This document shows positions 38,204-48,448 of a stretch of 64,000 nt of DNA, piece by piece. Location: contig JBDHWW010000001.1 of NCBI GenBank assembly GCA_039810425.1, positions 108,652 to 172,651 on the forward strand, in the 5' to 3' direction. Made by a program: the position numbers and the translations under genes. Source of the stretch: Pseudobdellovibrionaceae bacterium. Its GTDB lineage: Bacteria; Bdellovibrionota; Bdellovibrionia; Bdellovibrionales; Bdellovibrionaceae. The notes under the pieces were generated by a model that saw nothing but the letters and a program-made list of their open reading frames with translations, searched no databases and was not told where the DNA came from. The first letter of the stretch is position 1. Each line of letters starts with the position of its first letter.

Positions 38204-39321
38204 GAAAAATTTTTGCGATGGCATTCATGTTTGCATCAATTGCGGGGGCGGAAACGCCACCGGTGGATTCAAGCTTGGAAAAGATCGCAAAGGATTTGCA
38301 AATCGCCAAAGAAAATCTCGAAATCCAAGAGATAAAGCAAAAGAAAGTTCTAACGGCGCTTTATTCCATTAACAAGAACATGAAAAAACTTGTGACAGAG
38401 AAAGCGGATCTCGAGCAACAACGGAGCCTCACCGAGCTTCAGATCCAAGGCTTGACTCAGAAAATCGATGAGAATAGTCAGCAGACTTCGGTGCAACGGG
38501 CCCAACTGGCAGACCGTTTGCGCGCAATTTACAAACTTAAAGGCCCGACACTTGCGCGGTTTCTTTTTGCGGCGAAGAGTTCCTCTGATTTAGAAAGAAA
38601 CCTTAAAATCCTGGGAATCGTGGCAAAGCGTGACGTGGATTTGATTAAGTCCTATCGCGAGTCGGTCAGGGATTTGCACCATCGCCGAGAACGCTTGGAA
38701 CAGAAATTGGCCTCGCTGCAAGAGGTCGAAACAAACCTCAAAGTGCACGAGCGTAAACTTCAAAAAGAGATTTCACAAAAGAATAGTATCCTGGCCGGCA
38801 TTCGCCGCACGAAGATGTTCACGCAAGAGAAGATCAAACAATTAAAAGACAAATCACTCAGCTATGATATTGTGGACACGGGTCTGATGGATTTGCTTTT
38901 GAAACCTTCTTTTGAAAACCAGAAGGGCATTTTGCCTAGACCCGTCGAAGGTCTAGTGGCGAAGAGCTTCGGTCTTATCAAAGCGCCGGATCAGTCTTAT
39001 GTTTTGAGTAATAAAGGTCTTTTTATCTCGGCAAATCCAGGAGCAGCCGTGAAAGCAGTGTTTAGCGGTGTGGTTTCATTCGCCGGAAGTTTACCTGGCC
39101 TCGGACAAGTTTTAATACTCGATCACGGAGATCATTACTATACTGTGTATGGGAATAATGCGAACCTGCGGGTCCAATTGGGCCAGGAGGTCGCGCAAGC
39201 ACAGGTCATTGCAAATAGCGGACGCAGTAGCTTTGACCAGCAAAATGGATTATATTTTGAGGTCCGACATTTTTCAGAGCCCTACGATCCAAAGGAATGG
39301 GTGAAAGGATTCAGCCGATGA
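38200..39321 (+). CDS. envC: Murein hydrolase activator, EnvC family
   Basis: Signal peptide, coiled coil, degenerate M23 domain (NKGLFI, LYFEVR) lacking Zn ligands; follows ftsEX. Confidence 0.85.
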   Translation: MRKIFAMAFMFASIAGAETPPVDSSLEKIAKDLQIAKENLEIQEIKQKKVLTALYSINKNMKKLVTEKADLEQQRSLTELQIQGLTQKIDENSQQTSVQRAQLADRLRAIYKLKGPTLARFLFAAKSSSDLERNLKILGIVAKRDVDLIKSYRESVRDLHHRRERLEQKLASLQEVETNLKVHERKLQKEISQKNSILAGIRRTKMFTQEKIKQLKDKSLSYDIVDTGLMDLLLKPSFENQKGILPRPVEGLVAKSFGLIKAPDQSYVLSNKGLFISANPGAAVKAVFSGVVSFAGSLPGLGQVLILDHGDHYYTVYGNNANLRVQLGQEVAQAQVIANSGRSSFDQQNGLYFEVRHFSEPYDPKEWVKGFSR

Positions 39322-40706
39322 AGGCATTCATACTAAAGTGGAAAACTCTCTTACTGGCACTGATCTTGTTCTTGGCCCTCTTTATCATGGCTGAGACGGG
39401 TTTCCAGATTAAAGCCTTCGCTCAAGACCGTTATGCGGACCTTCAGAATTTCACCAAAGTGCTGAACCTCGTTGAACAATACTATGTTGAAGAGGTGGAT
39501 ACTAAGAAACTGATTTACGGTGCGATCAAAGGAATGTTGCGTGAACTCGATCCGCACACGAACTTTATGCCGCCGGACATCTTTAAAGATTTCGAAACTG
39601 AAACCAGCGGTGAGTTTGGGGGACTCGGTATCGAGATCTCTGTTACTAACGGTATCCTGACGATCATTTCTCCGATCGAAGATACTCCGGCCTGGGAAGC
39701 GGGCATTAAAGCGGGTGACAAAGTGATCGCGGTTGACGGTCATAGCACAAAAGGTTTGAGCCTCGTTGAAGCTTCTCAGCTTATGAAGGGAAAAAAAGGT
39801 ACGAAAGTAGTTTTGAAAATCGTTCGTGATGGCGAAGATGAGCCTCGCGATATCGGTATCGTTCGTGGAAGCGTCAAAATCAAGTCCGTGAAATATACAA
39901 ACTTGGATGACGGCTACGCGTATATCAAAATCACAAGCTTCATCGAGAACACGGCAAGAGATCTCGAAAAAACGATCGATGCACATATTAAGAACAATAA
40001 AAAAGTCGAAGGTCTGATCATTGATATGCGCCGCAACCCAGGTGGCTTGTTGGACCAAGCGGTGAAAGTCAGCGACATGTTCCTCAAAGATGGAACAATT
40101 GTGAGTACCATTGGCAGAAATAAAAAAGAGAAAGAAGTTTCCAGCGCCTCAAAAAAAGGCCGTTTCACTGATTTTCCAATCATCATTCTTGTGAATGAAT
40201 ACACGGCGTCCGCGAGTGAAATCGTGTCGGGGGCCTTGCAAGACAATAAGCGTGCTTTGATCGCAGGGCAGCGCACATTCGGTAAAGGCTCTGTTCAGTC
40301 TGTTGTGAAGCTTGGAGATGGTAGCGGGTTGAAACTCACCGTTGCGCGTTACTATACTCCAAGTGGCGTAAGCATTCAGGCGGAAGGTATTAAGCCGGAT
40401 ATCGAAATCGAGGATGTGGACCCAGACGTGTTCGCGAAATCTGTGTTAAAATCCAAGATTACCCGTGAAAAGGACATTGCCGGCCATCTAAAAGGTGACC
40501 GCGAAAAAGAAAACGATAAAGCTCAAAAAACATTGGACTTGAAGCCGAAAGATTCGGGCAATGCATTGGCTTGGTGGAAAGATATCGGCAACAAGAAGGA
40601 TGAGAATCTGACGGTAAAAGAGAAATTATTTAAGAATGACTACCAGGTGTATCAGTGTTTCTCATACTTGAAAGCTTGGAAGACACTGAAAGCCCTTGCG
40701 CGCTGA
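39318..40706 (+). CDS. S41 carboxyl-terminal processing protease
   Basis: LDPHT, GEFGGLGI (PDZ), DMRRNPGGLL, TASASEI, TFGKGSVQ. Confidence 0.93.
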   Translation: MKAFILKWKTLLLALILFLALFIMAETGFQIKAFAQDRYADLQNFTKVLNLVEQYYVEEVDTKKLIYGAIKGMLRELDPHTNFMPPDIFKDFETETSGEFGGLGIEISVTNGILTIISPIEDTPAWEAGIKAGDKVIAVDGHSTKGLSLVEASQLMKGKKGTKVVLKIVRDGEDEPRDIGIVRGSVKIKSVKYTNLDDGYAYIKITSFIENTARDLEKTIDAHIKNNKKVEGLIIDMRRNPGGLLDQAVKVSDMFLKDGTIVSTIGRNKKEKEVSSASKKGRFTDFPIIILVNEYTASASEIVSGALQDNKRALIAGQRTFGKGSVQSVVKLGDGSGLKLTVARYYTPSGVSIQAEGIKPDIEIEDVDPDVFAKSVLKSKITREKDIAGHLKGDREKENDKAQKTLDLKPKDSGNALAWWKDIGNKKDENLTVKEKLFKNDYQVYQCFSYLKAWKTLKALAR

Positions 40707-40767
40707 GCTAGGTGAGATTGCTATTTTTAGCAAGGTTCATTAGTCTGCGCGAGAACTGAGGCGCTGA

Positions 40768-41325
40768 ATGACGTATGTTATCTCTCTTTTCTTACTCCTG
40801 TTCACTGCGGTGGCCGCGCGCGCAGTCACTCCGGGATTTGCCCATGGTAATCAATTTTTTGCGATTCCATTGCAAGGAAATGTCACCGTCTATTGTGGTG
40901 CGAGTGAGTCGGCTTCTTACACTTGCTATGACTCGGTTCTCGATCCCGCGAGCTACGATTACTTCGTCGGTCCAGAAGGAATCCGTGCTGAGCAAGTGAC
41001 TCTTTCTTGTCTGCGCCCCGACGGCACTCGGCGGGATCGCGCGGAAGATTACGACACGAAAAACACCCGCAGCGTTTATGCCTACAATCTTTGGATCAAT
41101 ACTCCGTTTCAGCGTCCGCTCTTAGGCATGGGCGTGAACAAGATTGATTACAAGATGACGAACATGGGAAAGATCATCCAGCAGGGAACTTTCTCAGTGA
41201 ATGTCTCCCATGGTACGGCTCGCACATGTCCTACGACTCACTACAACTCCACCGATTCAAACGACTGTCAGTCTCCGTACACAGTTTGCCAAAGATACTT
41301 TGAGCAGTATGATTATTGCCGGTAG
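40768..41325 (+). CDS. Secreted Cys-containing hypothetical protein
   Basis: GAGG RBS, signal peptide, several Cys. Confidence 0.75.
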   Translation: MTYVISLFLLLFTAVAARAVTPGFAHGNQFFAIPLQGNVTVYCGASESASYTCYDSVLDPASYDYFVGPEGIRAEQVTLSCLRPDGTRRDRAEDYDTKNTRSVYAYNLWINTPFQRPLLGMGVNKIDYKMTNMGKIIQQGTFSVNVSHGTARTCPTTHYNSTDSNDCQSPYTVCQRYFEQYDYCR

Positions 41326-41922
41326 TTACCGGCTCTGTTTGCTTGAAAGCTTTAAGAAGAAATTCTGAAGCATCATGTAGCTCAAACCCCACAAAATCTC
41401 GCCGTCAGGCATGCGGATCGCAGGCAGCTTGATATTCAAACCCTCGCGCACGAATTCGTAAGTCGTGGAATTTATGGTGTCGGTCAGATAGTCCAACGGA
41501 ATCCAGTAAATCTTGTCCACCTCGCTCGCAGATATTTGCAATGCGGGCTTCTGAGGTAAGTGGAAAACAAAAGGTTCAATGTAGAACCCAAGCAGTATGC
41601 CGCGCTTGCGGGCTTGCGTGTCGTCAAGGGAGCCCATCAAGCGATCTGGTGGGATCCGGTAGCCGATCTCCTCGCTCACTTCGCGAAGGCAGGCAGCCAT
41701 GAGTGATTCATCCGCCTCTTCGCGTTTACCGCCCGGAAAGGCAATCTGGCCGGACCAGCGGTCCGCCGGATTCACAGCGCGTTTGATAAAGAGCAATTCG
41801 AGGTCGTGGTCTTCGCCACAAAGTAAGAGGGCCACTCCCGAGGCCCTCGAAAAGTCTTTCGAGAGATCGATGCGTGGCCCTTGAGAAAGACTGTCCGCAA
41901 TTTCTTTTTTAGTTTTGCTCAT
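41326..41922 (-). CDS. Nudix hydrolase, CoA pyrophosphatase type
   Basis: WSGQIAFPGGKRE...ACLREVSEEIG Nudix box; ILWGLS. Confidence 0.88.
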   Translation of the reverse strand: MSKTKKEIADSLSQGPRIDLSKDFSRASGVALLLCGEDHDLELLFIKRAVNPADRWSGQIAFPGGKREEADESLMAACLREVSEEIGYRIPPDRLMGSLDDTQARKRGILLGFYIEPFVFHLPQKPALQISASEVDKIYWIPLDYLTDTINSTTYEFVREGLNIKLPAIRMPDGEILWGLSYMMLQNFFLKLSSKQSR

Positions 41923-43222
41923 CTTTGAGCTGGTCTGCGCTGACTTCTCTAACCTTTACAGTTTTGTTCAAGAAGCCGATCACTTTCTCTTCAGTGATCA
42001 TATAGCTCAAACGGCTCGTTTGCTCAGGTCGAGAGTAGAATTCACGGATGCGTGCTTCTTCGATGTGAGTTTGCGCGGCGTACTCTTTATACTTGGTCTC
42101 GAGGTCCTCATCTTTCGCGAACAAATCATGCTTCTTCGCGATAGCATCGATTAAGAAGCTGGATTGGATCATTTCAGCAGCGGTCTTTTCGAAATCTGCG
42201 TCCCATTTTTGAACGTAGTCTTTAAAGTCGGCCGGAGACATGCCTTGTTCACTCATTCTCTTTTGGAAGTCAGCGATCAAAGAATTCTTTTGATCCTTCA
42301 GTAAAGAAAGAGGAACTTCTACTGGATTGGCTTGAACAAGCTTTTTCAAAAGACGGTTTTTGAAAGCATCTTCCACGCGTTTTTGCTCAGTCCCTTCCAA
42401 GTCTTCACGGATCGTCTTTTTCAAGTCTTCCAATGAAGTCGGGCCGCCGAGAGTGGCCAAGAACTCGTCGTTGATTTCAGGCAATACCTTCTTCTGCAAC
42501 CTTGCCAGCTTCACTTTAAACTCAACGGGTTTGCCCGCCAGCTCAGCAGAGTGGTATGGAGTCGGGAACTTCAAGTTCAAAGTCTTAGTTCCGCCGACTT
42601 TCATGCCAACGACACCTTCTTCGAAACCTTCGATGAATTGTTTAGCTCCGAGTTCAAGATTATGGTTCGTGCCAGTGCCATTTTCCAATGGCTGGCCATC
42701 AACAAAACCTTCGAAATCAACAACCGCGATGTCGCCCAACTGCGCGGCGCGGTCTTCAAGAACGTCAGCAAAGGTTGCGCGTGAAGTACGGATGTTTTCC
42801 AAAACCTCGTCAACTTTCTTGTCGTCGAAGACAAGTTTTTCTTTTTCAACTTCGATGCCTTCGTACTTGTTCAGTTTCACTTCCGGGCGAACATCAAAAG
42901 AGGCCGAGAACGCAAAATCTTTTGCCTCGTTTGGAATATCGAATTCGAATTCTGGGTTACTGATTGGCTCAAGTTTGTGCTCGGTCAAAGCTTTGATGTA
43001 GTGCATTTGGATGAGCTCTTGCGCAACGTCTTGCTTTACACGGTCCGCGTACATGCTCTTGATTGTAGCAATGGGAGCTTTGCCTTTGCGGAAACCTTTC
43101 ACAGTGACTTCTTTTTGAATGTCGTTGAAGATTCTGTTGAATGCTATTTGCACAACAGTGGCAGGAACTTCGACATTGATTTTGTGATGGAGAGAAGAAA
43201 CTTTCTCGATATTTGTTTTCAT
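41909..43222 (-). CDS. tig: Trigger factor
   Basis: GFRKGKAP ribosome-binding motif; FKBP domain FIEGFEE..VGMK. GAGGAG RBS before ATG 43222. Confidence 0.96.
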   Translation of the reverse strand: MKTNIEKVSSLHHKINVEVPATVVQIAFNRIFNDIQKEVTVKGFRKGKAPIATIKSMYADRVKQDVAQELIQMHYIKALTEHKLEPISNPEFEFDIPNEAKDFAFSASFDVRPEVKLNKYEGIEVEKEKLVFDDKKVDEVLENIRTSRATFADVLEDRAAQLGDIAVVDFEGFVDGQPLENGTGTNHNLELGAKQFIEGFEEGVVGMKVGGTKTLNLKFPTPYHSAELAGKPVEFKVKLARLQKKVLPEINDEFLATLGGPTSLEDLKKTIREDLEGTEQKRVEDAFKNRLLKKLVQANPVEVPLSLLKDQKNSLIADFQKRMSEQGMSPADFKDYVQKWDADFEKTAAEMIQSSFLIDAIAKKHDLFAKDEDLETKYKEYAAQTHIEEARIREFYSRPEQTSRLSYMITEEKVIGFLNKTVKVREVSADQLKDEQN

Positions 43223-43347
43223 AGGGCTCCTCAGGTTTTCCAGTAGCGTCAAAATGAATCGGGATACTAGACAATTGCCCTCTAATAAGCAAGCAATTGC
43301 CGCTGCGCATAATGCCTTCAAATCTAAGCTCAGAGACACTCATACCT

Positions 43348-44220
43348 ATGACTTCAGAGATTCATTTTGTGACTGGAAAAGGCGGGGTGGGAAAATCCAC
43401 GGTTGCCGCCGCTTTGGCTCTCAAAAAAGCTCAATCTGGTCGGCGCACTCTCCTCGTGGAAATTGGCGACCAGTCTTTCTATAAAGACTATTTCCAATTG
43501 CCTGAAGTTGGCTTTGAATCCGTTAAAATACAGGAAAATTTTTCAGTCGCCCTATGGACCGGGGAAAACTGCCTGAGGGAATACATCATTCACCTCATCA
43601 AAGTTGAAGCTCTGTACAAGCTCTTCTTCGAAAATGCGGTCATGAAAGCCTTCGTGAACGTCGCCCCGGCGCTCCCGGAGCTGGCGATCATGGGGAAAGC
43701 CACGAGCGGGCCCCGTCACCATGGACCCGCGCTGCCATTTGATTGTCTGATCGTTGATTGCTACGCGACCGGCCACTTCATGGCGCTCATGGGGGCGGCC
43801 GAGGGCATGGCAAAAGCCGTGAAGGTTGGTCCGATGGGTGAGCAAAGCCGTAGCATTGATAAAATGCTGCGCGATCCGGAAGTCTGCAAGTACTACATTG
43901 TCTGCCTGCCCGAAGAGCTGCCGGTGCGTGAAAGCGAGGAGTTGCACGAAGAGTTGCAGAAACGCTTCGGCGTCAAGGCTCAGATCGTTTTGAATAGATT
44001 CCTGGATGAAGAGATTGCCACGAGTGAATACACCGCGGCGGCTCAGGCCGGTTCGCCGGAGTTAGCCGAGTTTGCAAAAGAGGATCTTAAAAATCGCAGC
44101 ATGCATCACGAGATGAAGAGCCGCCTTAAGAAATTGGACCCCGCGCTCGTGTCCTTACCGACCGTGTGGGATCACAGTGTGCAAAACCTTTTGAAAACCT
44201 TAAGCCAGAGGATGCCATGA
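43348..44220 (+). CDS. ArsA/Get3-family ATPase, subunit 1
   Basis: FVTGKGGVGKST deviant Walker A; LIVDCYATGH; LPEELPVRES. Confidence 0.85.
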   Translation: MTSEIHFVTGKGGVGKSTVAAALALKKAQSGRRTLLVEIGDQSFYKDYFQLPEVGFESVKIQENFSVALWTGENCLREYIIHLIKVEALYKLFFENAVMKAFVNVAPALPELAIMGKATSGPRHHGPALPFDCLIVDCYATGHFMALMGAAEGMAKAVKVGPMGEQSRSIDKMLRDPEVCKYYIVCLPEELPVRESEELHEELQKRFGVKAQIVLNRFLDEEIATSEYTAAAQAGSPELAEFAKEDLKNRSMHHEMKSRLKKLDPALVSLPTVWDHSVQNLLKTLSQRMP

Positions 44221-45281
44221 AGATTCTCGTTTGTGTCGGCAATGGCGGAGTGGGTAAAACCACAATGGCGGCAGCCATGGGCGTGCAAGCGGCTCAGCGT
44301 GGGTTAAAGGTTCTTGTGCTGACGATTGATCCGGCCAAGCGCCTGGCAACGACTTTGGGAATCGAGGGTGAAAAAGATATCGTGCGCGTTCCGAATCAAA
44401 ACTTTAAAGGTGAGCTGTTCGCGTCCGTTGTAGATCATAAAAAAACTTTCGATGATTTTGTCCTGCGGGCAGCGGCCAAGTCTGAAGCGGCAAAAAAACT
44501 TTTTGAAAACAAACTCTATCAGCAGCTTTCCACCAATCTGAGCGGTTCACAAGACTTTACGGCGCTTGAGAAGCTGTATTCCAGCTACGAGTCCGGAGAG
44601 TTCGACCTCATTATCCTGGATACTCCGCCGGCAAAGCATGCGATCGATTTCCTGAATGCGCCTCAAAAGCTGTCAGTGCTTTTCAACGACAAGGTGGCCC
44701 GCTGGTTCCGCGAATCAAACACCAAGTCGGCTGGCGGTTTGCTGCTCAATCTTCTGAACGCCGGTACGAAGCAAGTTCTCAATATTCTGGAATCCGTGAC
44801 GGGCAGTGAACTGCTGCGTGAACTATCGGATTTTTTCATGAGTATTGAGCAATGGCAGGAGCGCCTGGAATCGCGTATCACCAATGTTCATCGCATGATG
44901 GTCAGTCCTGAGACTCAGTTCTGTCTGGTCACGAGCTTTGATCAGGCAAAATTACTCGAAGCCGAATACTTTCTGCGTGAAATCCGCAAGGGCGGGTATC
45001 ACTTGCAAATGCTGCTCTTAAACCGCTCCTACCCAGAATGGTTCAGGGGAGAGACGCCACCTCTGAAAGAACCCCCGGCCGGAGCGGACAAGCTGTACTC
45101 GTTATTTAAGAAAGAAAAGGCTTTTTACCAACAGCGCGACCAAGAGCACGAAGCTTTCGCCAAGAAGCTGGCGAAGGATGTCCGTGTGCTGCGCCTTCCA
45201 GAAGTGACTGAAACGATTTTTGATTTACAGGGTTTGATTCGCATGGCGGAGATTTTGAAAGAAAAAGGGGACTCTAAGTGA
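44217..45281 (+). CDS. ArsA/Get3-family ATPase, subunit 2
   Basis: CVGNGGVGKTT, LTIDPAKRLA, DLIILDTPP..HAIDFLNAP; ATGA-coupled to subunit 1. Confidence 0.88.
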   Translation: MKILVCVGNGGVGKTTMAAAMGVQAAQRGLKVLVLTIDPAKRLATTLGIEGEKDIVRVPNQNFKGELFASVVDHKKTFDDFVLRAAAKSEAAKKLFENKLYQQLSTNLSGSQDFTALEKLYSSYESGEFDLIILDTPPAKHAIDFLNAPQKLSVLFNDKVARWFRESNTKSAGGLLLNLLNAGTKQVLNILESVTGSELLRELSDFFMSIEQWQERLESRITNVHRMMVSPETQFCLVTSFDQAKLLEAEYFLREIRKGGYHLQMLLLNRSYPEWFRGETPPLKEPPAGADKLYSLFKKEKAFYQQRDQEHEAFAKKLAKDVRVLRLPEVTETIFDLQGLIRMAEILKEKGDSK

Positions 45282-46360
45282 GTGGACTTGGCATTTTAGT
45301 TTTTGTGGCACTGGTTTCGGCTTGTTCTATGACTCCAAAGCGCAGCCAGGAAGCGACCCAACAAGCTCCGGAGACGCTGGATTTCCAGCTTCTCGAGAAG
45401 CAGATGAGATCACAAAACTTTGAAGCAGCGGTCGCTACCACAAAGAATTTCAAAGTGGTTTATCCGTATTCGCTGCAATTGCAAAAAGTCCGTTTTTATG
45501 AAGCCAATGCCCTCGAGGAACTGGGCCGTTGGAGCGAAGCGGCCGATACTTACAAAGCAATCTCTACCATCTCTGAAAGAAATCAGCCTGAGATTGCAGC
45601 AATGAGTATTTATCGTCTGTCGTTCGTGTATGAAGCTCTTGGCGACGATCAAAGAGTGATTGCGACCCTGTTTGAAGCGGCAAAATACCACAAAGAACTT
45701 CCGATTGAAGTGATTCAAGCAGAAATCCCTTCGCGCCTGGCGATGGTTTATGCAAAAGAAAACAACGCTAAAGAAGCTGCCAAGTGGCTGGGTGCTGCGG
45801 ATAAAGGTTTGAAGCGCACTCTGGAAAACCGCACGGAGCCTCTATCGCAGACCTACTTGGCGGAGCTTTATTACAATATGGGCTCGATCTCGACGGAGCA
45901 GCTGTCTAACGACAACATCCTCACGATCATCCAAGGTCAGGCGGCCGTGCAAAAATATCTGATCCGCGCTCTTCAATACGGCGATCCGGTTTGGTCCGCG
46001 AAGGCACTGAAGAAACTAAAAAGTACTTACCTAGATTTGTGGAAAGCGATTGAAACTTATCCGGAACCCTCAGGCTATGAACCACTCGTCGCCCAAAAGA
46101 TGAGAAAAGACTCGCAAACTCAACTCGCAGGGCCGTACGCCGATCTTATGCGTGATGCCGAACTGTATCGCCCGGGGGCGGAACAGAAGAGCAATCAGTA
46201 CCAAACAGATTTTTTTAACTTTGTTGAAGAGGTGCAGACGCGGGTACGCACTGTATTGGATAGCGCGGTCTTAACTCCTCTTATGCCGGGTCGGGACAAA
46301 GCTCCACAAAAACCCCGAACTCCTGTTAAGATAGTGCCTTCGGAAGATCCGAATTTATAA
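45278..46360 (+). CDS. TPR-like lipoprotein
   Basis: Lipobox VSAC; helical TPR-like repeats. Confidence 0.75.
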   Translation: MSGLGILVFVALVSACSMTPKRSQEATQQAPETLDFQLLEKQMRSQNFEAAVATTKNFKVVYPYSLQLQKVRFYEANALEELGRWSEAADTYKAISTISERNQPEIAAMSIYRLSFVYEALGDDQRVIATLFEAAKYHKELPIEVIQAEIPSRLAMVYAKENNAKEAAKWLGAADKGLKRTLENRTEPLSQTYLAELYYNMGSISTEQLSNDNILTIIQGQAAVQKYLIRALQYGDPVWSAKALKKLKSTYLDLWKAIETYPEPSGYEPLVAQKMRKDSQTQLAGPYADLMRDAELYRPGAEQKSNQYQTDFFNFVEEVQTRVRTVLDSAVLTPLMPGRDKAPQKPRTPVKIVPSEDPNL

Positions 46361-46384
46361 GCCCAGTACTCAGGGGAGTCATTC

Positions 46385-47635
46385 ATGGTCAAAGACCTAT
46401 TACACAAGCAGACACTGGAACACATGAATGAAATCTGCAAATGGTTTCAGAATAAAACGGGAGGGCTCGCCTACCCAATCTACTCAAGCTACGATATTCG
46501 CGATGCGGGTTACAAAGTTTCTAATGTTGATGCGAACATTTTTCCGGCGGGGTTCAACAACATCTGCCCAGCGGATAAAGAATCCGCCGTGGCTTTGGTG
46601 GCGGGGTATATCAACAAGCACTATGGCGCGGCGGTGAAAAACATTCTGCTCGTGACGGAGGAACACACCAGCAATCCCTTCTACTGGGATAACGTCTACA
46701 CAATTAAGTCCTTGATTGAGCAAGCCGGCAAAACGGTTCGTATTGCGATTCCACGTGAAATGGCGGAGCCTCTAAAAGTTCAAAGTGCGTCGGGTCGCGA
46801 GCTGACCGTGGGCTCTGCGCTTAAAGGCAGCCACCTGATGGCTGAATTCAAACCGGATTTGATTATCAGCAATAATGATTTCTCTGAAGCTTATGAAGAT
46901 TGGGCCAAGACCGTCGAGACCGCGATGAACCCGCCGCGTGAACTCGGCTGGTATCAGCGTAAAAAAAGCCGTTACTTCAAGTTCTACAATCAGCTGGTGA
47001 ATGAATTTTCCGAAGTGGCAAAGATTGATCCATTTTTGTTGCGCGTGGAAACCGAAGAGTATGCACACTTTGATATTAACAGCGAAGAAAGCCGCAACGA
47101 CTTGGCAAACAGAGTCGACGCGATGCTAGCTCGTTTGAAACAAGAATATCAAAAACGCGGTATCACTCAAGAGCCTTTCGTATTCGTTAAAAACAACGCC
47201 GGTACCTATGGCTTGGCGGTGATTCGGGTGGGATCTGGCGATGAAGTTCGCCAGTGGAGCTACAAGTCCCGCAAAAAAATGAAAGCCGCCAAGGGTGGCC
47301 GCGACGTGGAAGAAGTGATTATCCAAGAAGGGATTCCATCGATCGTCCAATCCGACGGCGCATCCGCGGAACCGGTTATCTACATGATTGGTTGTGAGCT
47401 TGCCGGGGGCTTTTTACGCACGCACTCCGAAAAGAACTCGACAGAAAGTTTGAATAGCCCCGGTGCTGTTTATAAACGTCTTTGCGTTTCCGATCTGGGT
47501 GTTCGCGCCGAGGGCTGCCCTCAAGAAAATGTTTATGGTTGGAGTGCAAAGCTAGGTCTTCTCGCGATTGCTTTAGAAGCGGAAGAGATGGATGTGGAAT
47601 TTAAGAACTATAACAAGATCCCTTGTGGCAACTAA
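46385..47635 (+). CDS. gshA: Glutamate-cysteine ligase (ATP-grasp GshA type)
   Basis: PIYSSYDIRDAGYK...VDANIFPAGFNNI, VKNNAGTYG, IIQEGI, AEPVIY, SLNSPG. Confidence 0.85.
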   Translation: MVKDLLHKQTLEHMNEICKWFQNKTGGLAYPIYSSYDIRDAGYKVSNVDANIFPAGFNNICPADKESAVALVAGYINKHYGAAVKNILLVTEEHTSNPFYWDNVYTIKSLIEQAGKTVRIAIPREMAEPLKVQSASGRELTVGSALKGSHLMAEFKPDLIISNNDFSEAYEDWAKTVETAMNPPRELGWYQRKKSRYFKFYNQLVNEFSEVAKIDPFLLRVETEEYAHFDINSEESRNDLANRVDAMLARLKQEYQKRGITQEPFVFVKNNAGTYGLAVIRVGSGDEVRQWSYKSRKKMKAAKGGRDVEEVIIQEGIPSIVQSDGASAEPVIYMIGCELAGGFLRTHSEKNSTESLNSPGAVYKRLCVSDLGVRAEGCPQENVYGWSAKLGLLAIALEAEEMDVEFKNYNKIPCGN

Positions 47636-47808
47636 TCTTAGGTCTATACCGGCCTTTTTAAAGCGGTAAAATTCTACGCGTTTTCGTGCTTCGATTCAAC
47701 AGGCACACGTCCATAGTCCGGGCTAAAGGGCGGTTTTCGTACCAAACACTAAAATTGTGCTAGCATTATTTTAAGCACAATCGCGTGCTTAGGACTATGG
47801 AGGGTCTT

Positions 47809-48444
47809 TTGAAAAAGTTAGGAATGACTTTTTTCTTATTCGCCATCTCATTCAGTGCGGGCTATGGAATCATGTACCGCACGTCTGCATGGGGTCCGAT
47901 CACACGCGATCCTGCGGCTATTCGCCAAGTTTATGATTTCTCAAATTTAAGTGGAAGTGATTTAACCGCCGCGATGAAAAAGCGCCTGCTTGCCGGCTCG
48001 ACCGTAGTTCATGAGCATCAAAGCCTTGGTGTTGAACTCGGTCACTTTGCGCTGGCAAAACTCACCGGTGAAAAGACGCTTGCCTGCCAGGAATTCCAAA
48101 AAGTCACTTTGCACTTCGAAGCAGAAGGTGTCGCGACCAGCGGCGAGCGTCCTGTCATGGAAGTCGAAGGGGCCTGTGAGTTCTCGTCAGACATGACGAA
48201 GATTAATCCGATCCTAATCCCCGTGGATAAAATCATGGCCGAGAAACCTACTGACGGCGAAATCCAATACCGCGAAGGCCATCCAGTGACCTTGCGTTTT
48301 CGCGGTTTGACGGAAGAATGGCCCACGCGCTGGCTGCTCACTGGTGTTCGTCTATCTAATCAAGGCGAGCAAAAAGAACTTTTGATTGACGCGGAAGAAG
48401 TCAGTCAGATTCTGGGACGACCGATGATGGTGAATTTCAAGTAG
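47809..48444 (+). CDS. Membrane-anchored hypothetical protein
   Basis: GGAGG RBS before TTG 47809; N-terminal TM followed by RDPAA. Confidence 0.75.
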   Translation: MKKLGMTFFLFAISFSAGYGIMYRTSAWGPITRDPAAIRQVYDFSNLSGSDLTAAMKKRLLAGSTVVHEHQSLGVELGHFALAKLTGEKTLACQEFQKVTLHFEAEGVATSGERPVMEVEGACEFSSDMTKINPILIPVDKIMAEKPTDGEIQYREGHPVTLRFRGLTEEWPTRWLLTGVRLSNQGEQKELLIDAEEVSQILGRPMMVNFK

Positions 48445-48448
48445 TTCC

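Noticed and set aside
43348..45281. Arsenic resistance operon
   Set aside because: No arsB/acr3, arsC, arsR or arsD nearby, and the motifs fit the non-arsenic paired ATPases better.
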